A stretch of DNA of 35,023 bases from Octopus bimaculoides (lineage: Eukaryota). The notes beneath the pieces are model-generated. The model ran no database searches, was not told where the DNA came from, and saw only the letters and a list, made by a program, of their open reading frames with translations. Position numbers and translations under genes: made by a program. This document shows, in pieces, positions 1 through 10,923 of the stretch. Location of the stretch: the NCBI RefSeq assembly GCF_001194135.2, contig NC_068992.1, positions 40,628,275 to 40,663,297 of the forward strand, in the 5' to 3' direction. Numbering within the stretch: the stretch's first letter is position 1; each line of letters starts with the position of its first letter.

Positions 1-35
<35 letters not shown>

Positions 36-580
36 ATAAAGAAAATAGAGAGAAAGAATACACGAGAAAGCTAACGAGGAAGGGACAGAAAAAAGATAGA
101 AAGATACAAGAGCAGAACTAGAGAACGACAGATAAAAAAGAAAGAGAAAGAAGAGAAAAAGAGCGAGTGAAAGAGTGAGTGAGTAAAACAGATAGAGACA
201 AAATGAGAGATAGAGAGAAAAAATAAGAAAGAGTAAGAGAATAAAAGAGGGAGACAAAAATGAAAGATAGATAGAAACGATGATACTAGAGAACGACAAA
301 TGAAAGAGGAAGAGAAAAAAAAGCGAGTAAAAGAGTGAGTGAGTAAAACAGGGAGACAAAATGAAAGGTAGAGAGAAAAGATGAGAAAGAGTAAGAGAAT
401 GAGAGAGGAAGACAAACATGAAAGATAGATAGAAACGATGAGAGCGAGAGAGAGAGAGAGTGAGAGAGTAACAAGAAGACAAAATGAAAGAGATAGAGAG
501 AAAAAATGAGAAGGAGTGAGAGAGTAAAAGTAGAAGACAAAATGAAATAGAGAAAACGAGAGAGACACAGAGAGAGTGAG
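1..580 (+). repeat. (GA)n microsatellite plus purine-rich compound minisatellite (about 167-bp period, about 3 degenerate units)
   Basis: (GA)16 at 1-32; anchor ctagagaacgac recurs at about 118 and 285; shared sub-blocks gagtgagtaaaacag, gacaaaatga, gatagatagaaacgatga. Confidence 0.85.
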
Positions 581-634
581 AAGGGAATCAAGAGCCTCGT
601 TCTGAAAGTTAGACGGCCATTAAGTTGTATCATC

Positions 635-668
635 ATGTTTGGTGGATCATCTCCTATCATTGTTCTTA
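635..668 (+). CDS. CCT3: CCT3 coding exon 1 (MFGGSSPIIVL + 1 nt, phase 1)
   Basis: ATG at 635; donor A|GTAAGT at 669; resembles invertebrate CCT3 N-terminus (MFGG..PI.VL). Confidence 0.92.
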
Positions 669-754
669 GTAAGTATAACTACATAATGTTTTTAATTATG
701 TCTTAAATCGACAAAGAAAACGTGAGTTAAAGCTTTATTTTAATATAATTTCAG

Positions 755-816
755 ATCAGAATACCAAACGTGAGTCTGGTCACAAGGTACAGTTTGGTAA
801 TATCAAGGCCGGTAAG
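755..816 (+). CDS. CCT3: CCT3 coding exon 2 (N-QNTKRESGHKVQFGNIKAGK)
   Basis: Acceptor tttcag|AT at 755, donor AAG|gtaagt; 62 nt restores frame; QNTKRESG is diagnostic of CCT3. Confidence 0.96.
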
Positions 817-2568
817 GTAAGTCTTCTTTCTTTCAGAGAAGAAGCACATGGACGAACGTCCAGAATGTTCCTTCAAATATTTCATCTCTCTCTATTTCCG
901 TCTTTTATTCTATTTTTCTCGGATATTATATAATTTCTGAAATGTTCGTCTTAACCTTTGAGTAAGAAAAAAAAAGAAGTATTTGTCTTTTACTTGGTTT
1001 TATCGCTGTTTTTTTAGTCATTAATTAACGAATTATCATATGGTTACAAAGTTGGGGATCACTTGTTTTTGTCTCCCCATCGTCTCTCTTCTAATCATTA
1101 ATTATTACAATATATTATTATATTATTAAACGTAATTGTTACACTTGTTCTTAGTCTATTTTCTTGTTTTTAAATTCACCAACGTACACTTAAGCTTTTT
1201 GAATTTTTTTTTCAATGATGTTCTACATAACACACGTGTGTGCAACACATATATATTATAAATATGGTGTGGCTGCCTCTTGTCTAGCTTTATATGATCT
1301 GTGTGTTGCAAGCTTTGTGATACAAACTTCTCGATAATGCTGGCGACCCGGTATCGATTCCCGGCCCCAGCCGCCGCCACTTCCACCCCCACCATCATCA
1401 CCACGATAAATCTACTGTTAACCCCCCCCCCCTGTAGTATCTCTGATATAATCTACATGTCTATGTTGTGAAGCAGTATTAGTCATCGTTGCAACTATTC
1501 GTCGTCCTATGTATATTATATACACATCTATAGATTAATGTCCCTTTTATCATGTGAAATCTTTAATTACTGTCATCTTTTATTGTAACCCCGTCTGCTG
1601 GTTGCCTTTCCTTATTTGGGAAAGGCATAAACACCACTGCTGCGTCACTGTCTACGCTCTATTCCCCTTCATAATGGGCCATGGGATGTTGAATCCTGCT
1701 AAGATTCTTTTTTTTTTCTCTCTCAAAAGATTTAAATATAAGAAGAAATGTAATGTAACTGCATCAAGATGTGTTAAAGAACAAATTATTTTCTTGTTAA
1801 AACATGTCTCCCACTCAAATATGTTACGGGTTTAGGATATTTGAGTTGATTTTTAAATTCAGTTACGTTCTTTTAAAGAGTAAATTTAGAGTTTAAAAGG
1901 CGATTTTGCATTGGTTTTGGTGGTGTAGCAAGCAATGCAAATATTTTATAACGAGGTTTCCATAGAATTTTCGCTATGGCTAAGGCGGCATCGGCTAATT
2001 TAATGCAATGATTCCATGGATTCTGATTGTCTATGATTTGGAATCCTCACGTTAGAATGGGATGAAACTGTCATGAGATGTGTAGTTTGTAGCTGTGAAG
2101 AGGAGAGGCCTTATTGAAGATAACGCACCAACAAATACTGAACTTGGAGTTTTGAGAGGCAATTTCATGGTTTTTCAGTTAATCTTTTTGTATCTGTCAC
2201 ATGTGGTCATAGCTGCATTTGTTGGAAGGGTCTTGTATTGCATGTGAGAATTCCTGCAAGCAGATGTATTGAGCATTACCTCATTTTGTAAATAGTTGAT
2301 GTGGGCGCTTATTTCAGATTTATAATTCATATTTAGTCAAGGTTTTGCAGAAGGAAGACAGAATTTATGAATAACTGCAAAGGTATAGCTTGTGAGATGA
2401 TGATGAGATCACTGGTTTGCAGTAAGATGCTCCATTCTTTGAATCTACTTGGTCAGAAGAGCTTCTAGTACAAAGAGTTAAATAGCAAACCCCTTGCCCT
2501 CCTCATCTCTGTTAATGAGAAGACAAAATAGTTTGAATCCAGACAATTCTTTATTTGCCATAGTTTTC

Positions 2569-2845
2569 ATGTGCTGGTGGCACATAAAAAACACCATCCG
2601 AACATGGCTGATGCCAGTGCCCCCTGATTGGCTCCTGTGCTGGTGGCACACAAAAAGCACTAACAGAACGTGGCTGACTGGCTCCTGTGCCAGTGGAACG
2701 TAAAAAACATCCACTACACTCTGAGCATCCAGCTGCAGAAACCTTGCCAGATCAGATCAGAACCTGGTGCAGCTTACCAGTTTTCAGTCAAACCATCCAA
2801 CCCATGCCAGCATGGAAAACAGATGTTAAACGATGATGATGATGG
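2569..2845 (+). mobile_element. SINE family A (RTE-type 3' tail, (ATG)n end, internal tandem units), 5'-truncated
   Basis: tggcac.taaaaagcacc units, then catccagctg.agaaac..tgccagatcag...ccaacccatgccagcatggaaa...gttaaacgatgatgatg, shared with more than 10 copies in the window. Confidence 0.85.
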
Positions 2846-3174
2846 TGTTGGATAAGCTTAAAACCATGACCGTGGTCGAAAAGTTCACTTCCCCATTCAC
2901 TTTTGGGTTTGATCCCATTGTGTAGCATCTTGGCCTTTAGACTTGGTCTAACCAAAGCCTTGTAAGTAGATCTGATAAATAGAAACTGTTGTGTCGGTGC
3001 AGATGTAACTGTCTGGTTCAGAAGTTTGCTTCCCAACCACAATTTCAGTCCCATTGCAGGTTTTGTGTAGCCCTGTTTGCATTAAACTCATGAGTGGATT
3101 TGGTAGATAGAAACTGCTTCAGTCGTGTGTGTATGTTGTATTGTCTTGAGATGATGTGTTAGTTGTAAATGAAT

Positions 3175-3570
3175 GTCACTGTCATACAGGCAGTGTTAAT
3201 CATTTCCAATATTCTGTGCAAACCTTTTTGGCCATGAGGGAAATATTGCCTTGCTTGGCAACAGGAAAGACATCCAGCTCTTCCTCTGTAAACTGCATCC
3301 AATCCATCCAGGTATGAAAAAAGATGTTTAAACAATAATGTGTGTGTTTGTGTCTCTTGACATTGCATGATGGTTGTTAGTGACCATCACCTTCAAATGG
3401 CTTGTTTCCAACCTTCCATAATAACATTTTTGGCTTAGAGAGAAATAATGCTTTGCTTGGAAATGGGTGAGGGTTGGTGACAGGAGGAGCAACCAGCCAT
3501 AGAGAATCTGCCTTAACAATTCTGACTCGTGCAAGCATGGAAAAGTGGATGTTAAAGCAGGAATGTTGAT
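3175..3570 (+). mobile_element. Degenerate SINE-like repeats with related tail (two tandem fragments)
   Basis: gggaaatattgccttgcttgg.aacagg...gagggttggtgacaggaggagcaaccagccatagagaatctgcc...gcaagcatggaaaagtggatgttaaa; a reverse-strand relative lies at about 13230-13440. Confidence 0.6.
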
Positions 3571-3754
3571 GGCAGTTTCTCCATTCTCCCATCCACGAGA
3601 AATGGTGTTCTAGCAGGGGAAAGAATTTTGGCTTAAATTTGGCACCTAGCTAAGAAGAACAGGTCCTTTTTAACAGTATTAGTAAATTTTTAGAGTGCAC
3701 GAAATGTTATTCCTGCTTAGCACAATTCTTTATGTTTTTGGTAATTTAAATAGC

Positions 3755-3887
3755 AAAAACTGGTGCGTCTGGCATAGGTTAGATGATTTGACGTAAATTG
3801 GTAAGCTGCATCCAGGTTCCAGTCTGATTTGGCATAGTTTCTATGACTGGATGCCCTTCCCATTGCCAACCACTCCAGAGTGTAATC
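3755..3887 (-). mobile_element. SINE family A tail fragment
   Basis: gctgcatccaggttccagtctgatttggcatagtttcta...ggatgcccttcccattgccaaccactcc is the reverse complement of the family A tail. Confidence 0.75.
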
Positions 3888-3894
3888 TTGGTTT

Positions 3895-4082
3895 GGGCGA
3901 GCTGGCAGAATTGTTAGCACATGGGGCGAAATGCTTAGTGGTATTATGTCTGCCATTATATTCTGAGTTCAAATTCTGTCGAGGTCAACTTTGCCTTTCA
4001 TCCTTTTAGGGTCGATAAATTAAGTACCAGTTATGCACTGGAGTCGATGTAATTAACTTAATTCCTTTGTCTGTCCTTGTTT
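3895..4082 (+). mobile_element. tRNA-derived SINE family B
   Basis: A-box-like gagctggcagaa, B-box-like gagttcaaattc, conserved core gcctttcatcctttt.gggtcgataaattaagtaccag. Confidence 0.85.
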
Positions 4083-4199
4083 AAAGAAATAAATCTTGGT
4101 TTGGAGAAAATAGTGCATTTTGTGTTTTCCAACCTAAAAGCAACTGACTATTGATAATTGATTAAGTGAAATAATTCCTGTAGTTTTTTTCTCTATTGG

Positions 4200-4530
4200 T
4201 AGAGAGTAGTAGTTTGCTACAAGACAGAGTTCTTGATATGAAGTCAATCAGTCTGGTTCCTGTAACACCAGGTACATCACAGTCAGTAATAAATGGTCAT
4301 AATTTCATAGATGACATTCTGTTGGTCCTTTTTCAAAGAGTATTGAATGCTTTAGATGCTCTTTGACTCGCTGTGTTTTTTCTAAGGGTCTGATTTGATC
4401 TGAGCATTTATGCATCTTCTTCTGCATATTGTAGTCAGATTCCTAAGGTTCTACAAAGTAACTTGGAATGTGATGATCATTTGCATCAGTTGTAGGTGGT
4501 GGTGTTTAAGAAATTGTGGATATGGCAGCA
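4200..4530 (-). mobile_element. Possible decayed Penelope-like (GIY-YIG) retroelement fragment
   Basis: Minus-strand peptides across frameshifts: IPSYFVEP, RSNQTLR (4381-4403), QQNVIYEI (4301-4324), then GVTGTRL, in the order expected upstream of and within a GIY-YIG domain. Heavily degraded. Confidence 0.35.
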
Positions 4531-4646
4531 AAGTGAGGCATTTTATATAACACTTCACTGTTCTTTTGAACCAAATCAACAGACTCGGCTTCGTCTATGT
4601 GCTGCACTAAGTAAAAAGACACTGATGACAACACTGATAGACATCT

Positions 4647-4795
4647 ACGTCATCATTTAACAGACTTGTTCCATGCTGGCATGGATTAGATGGTTTGATT
4701 GGATCTGGAAAGTCTAAGAACTGTATCCTGCTCTGATGTTTAGTTTGGCTGGGTTTCTCGGGATACATGCTCTTCCTAACACCAATCATGCAGCT
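4647..4795 (-). mobile_element. SINE family A tail fragment (degenerate)
   Basis: tcatcatttaacagacttgttccatgctggcatggattagatggtttga...cttcctaacaccaa. Confidence 0.65.
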
Positions 4796-5806
4796 TGTAA
4801 GACTTAGGAACCCTGAGGGGGTTAAAGTATGAGAGTGCAGAGGGCAGGGGTGATCTGCTTGGTGTGAGGAAGAGATGAAATAGGAGTGATGGGGCATCTG
4901 TGTGGACCCTCAAGGTACAAGATGAGGATGCATTCTAAATTTCTCATTGAATTCTTTGCCAACTGGCACTTTAGTGATAAGTACTCCTGCCAATCATTCA
5001 TTTCTTTGCTATTATCAAACTACCGGAAGTGGCACCAGTTTTTCAAGTTGACTGATGCTGCTATGTATAGTGCCCTACTCACAGCTAAGAACTATGAAGA
5101 GAATATATCACTAGTTTCCTGTTCTGATGCAAACCCAAGTTCCCATCAAAGCTAATTCTCTTCCTAACCAGTTGCACTCTCTTTCCATTGTCTTCACAAC
5201 CTTGTCGATCATCGTGATGCCTCTTCAGTAGCTTCTTTCCAGAGCATCTCCTTTATCCTTGTTGCAGTTAATGGTGATACTGCTATTCCTATAACTGTGA
5301 CACTAATTTAATACTTCTGTTGCATATAATGGAATTTTATTCAGCTGGGCAGCTGTTTGCAATACCAGTGAATGTGTTATTCATTGTTTCTATTAACTGG
5401 AGATCTCTGATCTTGTCTAGGCATGTGGTTAGCAGACAATAGAGACTATTGATTCGGCTCAACTAGATTGAAATGCATCTGGCATTCTTGCTAACCACTT
5501 CATCTCCCTCTTATATATATATTGCTTTTGAACACAACATGTCCATAAGAGATGTTATCTCTGTATGAATATGGCTGTAAAATGCCTTTCAGTGATTTAT
5601 TTACAGTATGATACATAGATGGCTTGTATGAAACAATCCTGTTTATATGTAAAAAGAGGGTAGCTGAAGATTTGAGATTGATTTCATTGTAAAAACCAAA
5701 GAATTTGTTGATAGTCAAAGGAAGTAAAGAGTATTAAGACCTGGTAATCAACAGTTTAATGAATTTGAAATCAAAGAAATACTGGCTCAATACTTCGTTA
5801 CTTTAA

Positions 5807-5988
5807 CCTTTCAACATTCAAATTCCTCTGTCAAATGTAATGAGTTTTTTTTGTTCCCATTATTTTGAAGTAATCGTGCACTTTCTTGCAGCTTTGAGAT
5901 TTTGACGGTGTGATTGTTTTATTTTTGGAATGGCATTGGAGGATAGTTGTGAGAGATCAGATCTGGTTGGTTTCAATACTAAAGGGGG
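5807..5988 (+). mobile_element. piggyBac-type MITE family P1
   Basis: Flanked by TTAA (5803-5806, 5989-5992); ends cctttcaacatt / aatactaaagggg; body gagattttga...ttgtttatttttagaatgacattgtagg shared with other copies. Confidence 0.75.
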
Positions 5989-6096
5989 TTAAATCGTTTT
6001 CATATTTTGATATCAGGAAATATTTTCTCCATTTCAACTACTACACTTCTGGATAACAGCGGGGTCAGACACCCTCGCCCACTACTATTACTATCT

Positions 6097-6184
6097 TTAA
6101 ATCTCACAATGTGAGATATTCAGCAACAGTACTTTGTAGTAAAGATTGTTTGGCAGCATAACATGGCAGGCCTGGTTTAGGACT
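6097..6184 (-). mobile_element. Foldback family D, terminal fragment (tail end plus part of arm)
   Basis: Reverse complement of 18880-18965: aaatctcacaatgtgagatattcagcaacagtactttgtagtaaagattgtttggcagcataacatggcaggcctggtttagga. Confidence 0.8.
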
Positions 6185-6412
6185 TCTTTTATTGACTCTG
6201 GAGGGATGAGCAACAATCTGAACCCAGAATATAAAGAACTGGAGAGAATCCTGCAAGGCAGTTCTTCAACACTGAGTCTGCCAACCTGCCCACCCCTAAC
6301 TGCAGTAAATAAAACCCCATTAATTTTTGTCAATAGATTAATGACACTTCTTCATTGTTTTAATGTCATTTGTGTGTTACTGTTCTATCATTTATTTCTT
6401 GCATTTTTGCAG

Positions 6413-6463
6413 TCCATTGCTGACATTATCCAGACATGTCTAGGACCAAGATCCATGTTGAAG
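6413..6463 (+). CDS. CCT3: CCT3 coding exon 3 (SIADIIQTCLGPRSMLK)
   Basis: tttttgcag| acceptor, |gtaac donor, 51 nt, TCLGP P-loop motif. Confidence 0.96.
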
Positions 6464-6526
6464 GTAACATTTGTTTTTTTATTTATCCCTCTTCTTCTAA
6501 AAATACTGAATTTAATTTACTGTTAA

Positions 6527-6850
6527 CTGTCGTTAGCCTTTTTGTTACCATATTCCATTTGAAATATACAGCATTTATTTTGCTTAATTTTTAAAATAAG
6601 GAAGGATTTAGTAAAATAGCTTTCTCATTAAACTGGTTTCTAGAACAAATGGGCATAAAATTTTAGTGGAAAATTGTAATTTAGATCACTTTAAAATGAG
6701 TTTGTGTCATAAAACTAGGGGTGGTTTCAAGGCGGGTTGAGAACAAAAACTAACGCAAAATTTTAATTTTAATTTAGCTTATTTTATAAAGACAAGTTGT
6801 ATCAAAAAACCAGGGATGGTTTCAAGTGGATTAACATCAAGAGGGTGAAA
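6527..6850 (+). mobile_element. piggyBac-like MITE family P2 with internal duplication
   Basis: gaaggatttagtaaaatagctttctcatta...ttttagtggaaaatt.taatttagatcactttaaa...gtttgtgtcataaaactagggg; second aaaaccagggatggtttcaagtgg block. Relatives at about 12700-12845, 18240-18350 and 28085-28245. Confidence 0.6.
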
Positions 6851-7433
6851 TATATAAACTTGTTATATTTCTGTTACTACATTTCCTTCTGACCAATTTA
6901 ATGTTGATTAAAAAAAAATCCAATATCATATATAAAACCAGTTGGTTGGTTTTAGTTTATATATCGGCATAAAAAGATGGTTTTTTGAAGAATTAATACA
7001 TAAATTTCAAAAGTGAATGTGTCACTTTTTGACTATTGCTACAAACTACAACTCTAATTTCTTCTGTCCCCACCAATTTTAAAATTCAGTTTCTTTCACT
7101 CAGAAATTTTAATTAGTTAAAAGAAATTTTTTACTTGCTTACACAAAGTTAATCTTACTTTACTAAACTATCTCAGTATGGAACTGTAGAAAACAAAAAC
7201 AAAACAAACCATTCAAAGAATAATTCTGAGCTAATATAACATTTTTAGCTGTGACCCTTATTGTCCCTTGATTCTAAGGTGGACATTGAATTTTTGTTAT
7301 TTGTGTGTTGCTGCATCTTTTGGACTTTTGTTTCTCAAATTGTTTTGCTTCACCTTTTAGCATTTAACCGTTTTGTATTTTTCAAATGCAACGCTTATTT
7401 ATTTACATTGTTCTTAATTAATCTCATGCATTC

Positions 7434-7653
7434 GAGTAAAGATTATTTGCCAACATAAACATGGCAGTCCTGGTTTAGGACGAATGTTGCTGTAATTTAG
7501 CCCCAGGAGACATCATCTCCAGCTGGCTATACAACACGATCTGTGTCCTTATATTTTCGAACAAAGGAATCTAGCTGTTGTATAGCCATTTGAAGACGAT
7601 GTCTCCTGGGAATATACGGTTGCTGAATATCTCTCATTGTGAGATTTACAAAT
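7434..7653 (+). mobile_element. Foldback family D copy with internally deleted right arm
   Basis: Same left boundary (gagtaaagatt) and same right end (tgagatttacaaat) as the 18588-18965 copy. Confidence 0.85.
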
Positions 7654-7671
7654 AGTCATTTTCTGATCATA

Positions 7672-7880
7672 CATTCAAGGTTTTGATATGGTTGTTATTT
7701 TTAGAATGACATTGTAGGTAAGTGTGAGGGGTCTAATCTGGCTAGTTTGAACATACATCAGGAAGGATAGTAGGGTTAGATCTCCATGCTTTATGTTCAA
7801 ACCAGCCATATCTTGCCTCTTACGATCAACCCTATGACAAACACATCTCAATCTTGTAGCTTTGAGAGAAACCATTTCTA
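7672..7880. mobile_element. Two P1 MITE fragments in inverted orientation
   Basis: ctggctagtttgaacata (about 7738-7755) versus tatgttcaaaccagcc (about 7791-7806); body matches P1. Confidence 0.6.
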
Positions 7881-8494
7881 TCTAAATATGATTTGTAAAT
7901 ACTGTGAAATTTTCAAAAATATTTTTTCTTCCCTTCCAAGATCTGAATTGATTTTTTTGGAGTTACTGAACTGGCTTCAGGTAGGAAGGTTTCCAATTTT
8001 GAAGAAATAATGCTCGATTACTTGCAAAATGTGTGAGGAAAAAAATATGAAATAAGAGTGACTTGTCTTTGGGTGATTCAGATGGAGATGTTTCTGAATT
8101 TTTGTCTAATATGGAAGAGTATTCTGAAAGGAAAAGTGATCCTCAGGATGCCATTCAAAATATGGTGACACAATACAACACCAATACGCATTTCTGATTT
8201 TATTGAAAATGCACAATTCTAAATCATTAGTATTTAAACACCTGCTAGCAAAATTTCAAGTCTATAATCCAAAAATTAAATTACAAACAAACACTGTTGA
8301 TAATCCTCTTCAGTATGATTATTAATTCAAAAGTGAAAAAATACATTTAACAGTAAATCTAAATGTTAAAAGCTGAATTGTTTTTTTAAAAATAAAGTAC
8401 ATTTTCTGTGTTTTTACATGAATTTCAGTTGATGATAAAGCTAATATGAAATGGTGACCAATTATAATGTCAATGTTTTCCTTTATTGTTTCAG

Positions 8495-8557
8495 ATGTTG
8501 ATGGATCCAATGGGAGGAATTGTCATGACAAATGATGGCAATGCTATTCTCAGAGAG
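8495..8557 (+). CDS. CCT3: CCT3 coding exon 4 (MLMDPMGGIVMTNDGNAILRE)
   Basis: tttcag| acceptor, |gttagc donor, 63 nt, TNDG motif. Confidence 0.97.
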
Positions 8558-9000
8558 GTTAGCTCATGTTCAGTTGATTTCTTCTTTTGTTATTGTTGTT
8601 TTCATTTCTGGATTTTTGCATTTTGATTCCATCTATGTACATGTTTCAAAAGACATTTAAAATTGTTTGTGCTTGGTGGGTCTTAAAATATGTAATCTTA
8701 CACATCCTCAATCCTATTACAATCTCGTGCAACAGTATTGTTTAGTCTCGCTTAAATGTTTCATTACTAAGTAATTTATAGTGTTCTGTCACTTTCCAAC
8801 CAGTATTTATCCTCTGTTTACGTTAATGAATATATCATTGTAGTTAACATCTCTATACTTTATGTATAGGCCTCTAGACAAAGAACAAAATGTCCCTAGA
8901 AAAATGCACACAAACTATATACATAAAAAAAAGACCGTTCAACAAAATAGCCCTTGGCCCCAATAACATTCTTGATGTAGCCATTAAGTGGCCTCAACTC

Positions 9001-9054
9001 ACCACATTTACGACTAACACCACATTTACGACTAACACCACATTTACGACTAAC
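9001..9054 (+). repeat. Perfect 18-bp tandem repeat x3 (accacatttacgactaac)
   Basis: Three identical units at 9001, 9019 and 9037. Confidence 0.95.
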
Positions 9055-9560
9055 ATTGTCAATGTGGGGTCACTAGTTACCTCATGACATCCAGGCACAG
9101 TAGTGCAGGTGGTGACAGAAATTTTTGAAGTATGGTAGGGACATCATATGCTCACAAGGTTTTTTTGGTTCTTGCTGGATCTAAACTTTCTTCTCCTTGT
9201 GTAGTATTTGATGTCCTTAGGTCTGACTTGTGGCATTTGGCTGGTGTCGTTGTCATCCTATTAGTCTTGTTCTTGGTTATGTCCTGGGCCTTCTGGATGA
9301 ACTTGGCTGGGAATGTTTGTTTCTCTTAGTCACAGGTGACACATTACTCACAACAGCTATTTCTCAATTCTGAACATGAAGAACCCAACCAACTTTGAGA
9401 ATCTGGCAGTTACGAGAGTGGTGTGTCCTTTGTATTTACCTGTCTCACATTAAAGCATACTACATTGGGCACATGCTGCTCAACTTTACATAAGATGGTC
9501 TTTCATTTATACTCTGAAGTTTGTTGACAAATACTCAGTGCCCTCCATACAGCTTGTTAT

Positions 9561-9748
9561 ATCATCATCATCATCATCATCATCATCAATGTTTTCCATG
9601 CTGGTATGAGTTGGATGGGTTGATGGATACTGCACCAGGTTCCATAGTTTGTTTTGGTTTGGTTTCTATGGCTGGATACCCTGACTAACGCCAACCCTTT
9701 AAAAGAGTGTACTGGGTACTAATTACATGGCACCAGCATCAGTGCCTG
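9561..9748 (-). mobile_element. SINE family A-related element with (ATC)9 tail on + strand
   Basis: (atc)n at 9561-9588 followed by ttttccatgctggtatgagttggatgg...ctgcaccaggttcc...ggataccctgactaacgccaacc. Confidence 0.8.
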
Positions 9749-10239
9749 TTACAACGTTACTAATTAAGATAATTATTTTCTAAGCTTAAATCTTTAACAT
9801 GTCTTATTTCTGACTCCTCATTAGATATTAAAAATGTCCCAGTGTTAAATACTTGTTATCTTTTGAGCGTTTTAATATATAATCTTGGTTATGGAAATGA
9901 TAATTTGAGGAGTTTGCTTCTTAACCACATGGTTTTCAGTTCAGTCTCACTGTGGGATACCTTGAGCACTTGTTGGTTTACTTTTCATGTATAGTTGGAA
10001 ATGTATCCAGTCTTTGTAACCCATCATGCATTCATCAGTTGACAGTCTTTTTCCAGGTTTGTAATCAGCTTTCAATATCCAAAACTCAGTGTTGAGAAGT
10101 AGTTTCATTATAAATATGGGATCATAATGTTATTCCCACACATTCTGTTGTAATGTTAGTCTCTCAATTATAGACACAACTTGAAAAAGCACATTCTAAT
10201 CATTATATTGGAAACATTGTGCATCAAATTGGCATGTGA

Positions 10240-10380
10240 TGTCAAGACAAGGACACACGATGAGCTTCTTTTCAGTTTCTGTCTACCAATTTATTCAGAT
10301 CTTTGGTCAGCCTGGGGCTAGAGTAGAAGATTCTTGCCCAAGGGGCTGCACAGTGGTTGGCATATCAAATTTCTCAACTA
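10240..10380 (-). mobile_element. tRNA-derived SINE family C fragment
   Basis: gagcttcttttcagtttctgtctaccaatttattcagatctttggtcagcctggggctagagtagaagattcttgccca. Confidence 0.75.
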
Positions 10381-10531
10381 CACAGCCATATCTATGCTTT
10401 TCAGAATCAAAGTTTCAGCATTGATTCCCTGTCCTGGTAAATATTCAAACTATCTCACTACCCCACCTATTGTTTTAGGAGAGATTCCATATTGCCATCT
10501 GGTGTAAATAATTATTTCTTCTTCTCTTCAG

Positions 10532-10628
10532 ATCACTGTCCAACATCCAGCTGCTAAATCCATTATTGAAGTAGCCCGTACTCAGGATGAAGAAGTTGGT
10601 GATGGCACCACATCTGTTATCGTTCTCA
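10532..10628 (+). CDS. CCT3: CCT3 coding exon 5 ([32 protein letters not shown] + 1 nt)
   Basis: cttcag| acceptor, A|gtaagt donor, 97 nt, GDGTT ATP-binding motif. Confidence 0.97.
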
Positions 10629-10923
10629 GTAAGTCTTTATTTAATTTCTTTTTGTTTACAGTTTTATTTCAGCCAGATTACCATTTTCAGTAATCTATTC
10701 CCCAGAAGTGGCGTTTCACGAGTCTCCTACAAAGCCTTTAATGTTTGGAGCTATTTGTTGGTCACGAAGTGTAGTTGTGATTGATTTTTGAAAGAAAATG
10801 AGCAAGAAAGAATAATCCTACCTAATGTCAAAATTAAGAACTTGATATTTGATGATTGTCTTGTATTCTCACAATTGATACCATGATTCTCCTATCTTCA
10901 TACCAAATTTACCAAATCCACAA

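Noticed and set aside
71-660. 165-aa and 124-aa minus-strand ORFs rich in S/L/F
   Set aside because: Translation of the CT-rich complement of the GA satellite; low complexity, no domain.
1344-1367. tRNA T-arm-like gacccggtatcgattcccggcc
   Set aside because: GTTCGA is mutated (TATCGA), and no D-arm, anticodon arm or acceptor stem is present; at most a decayed tRNA-derived fragment.
3895-3990. tRNA gene-like A/B boxes in family B and C heads
   Set aside because: They continue into SINE bodies and do not form cloverleaves; Pol III SINE heads, not tRNA genes.
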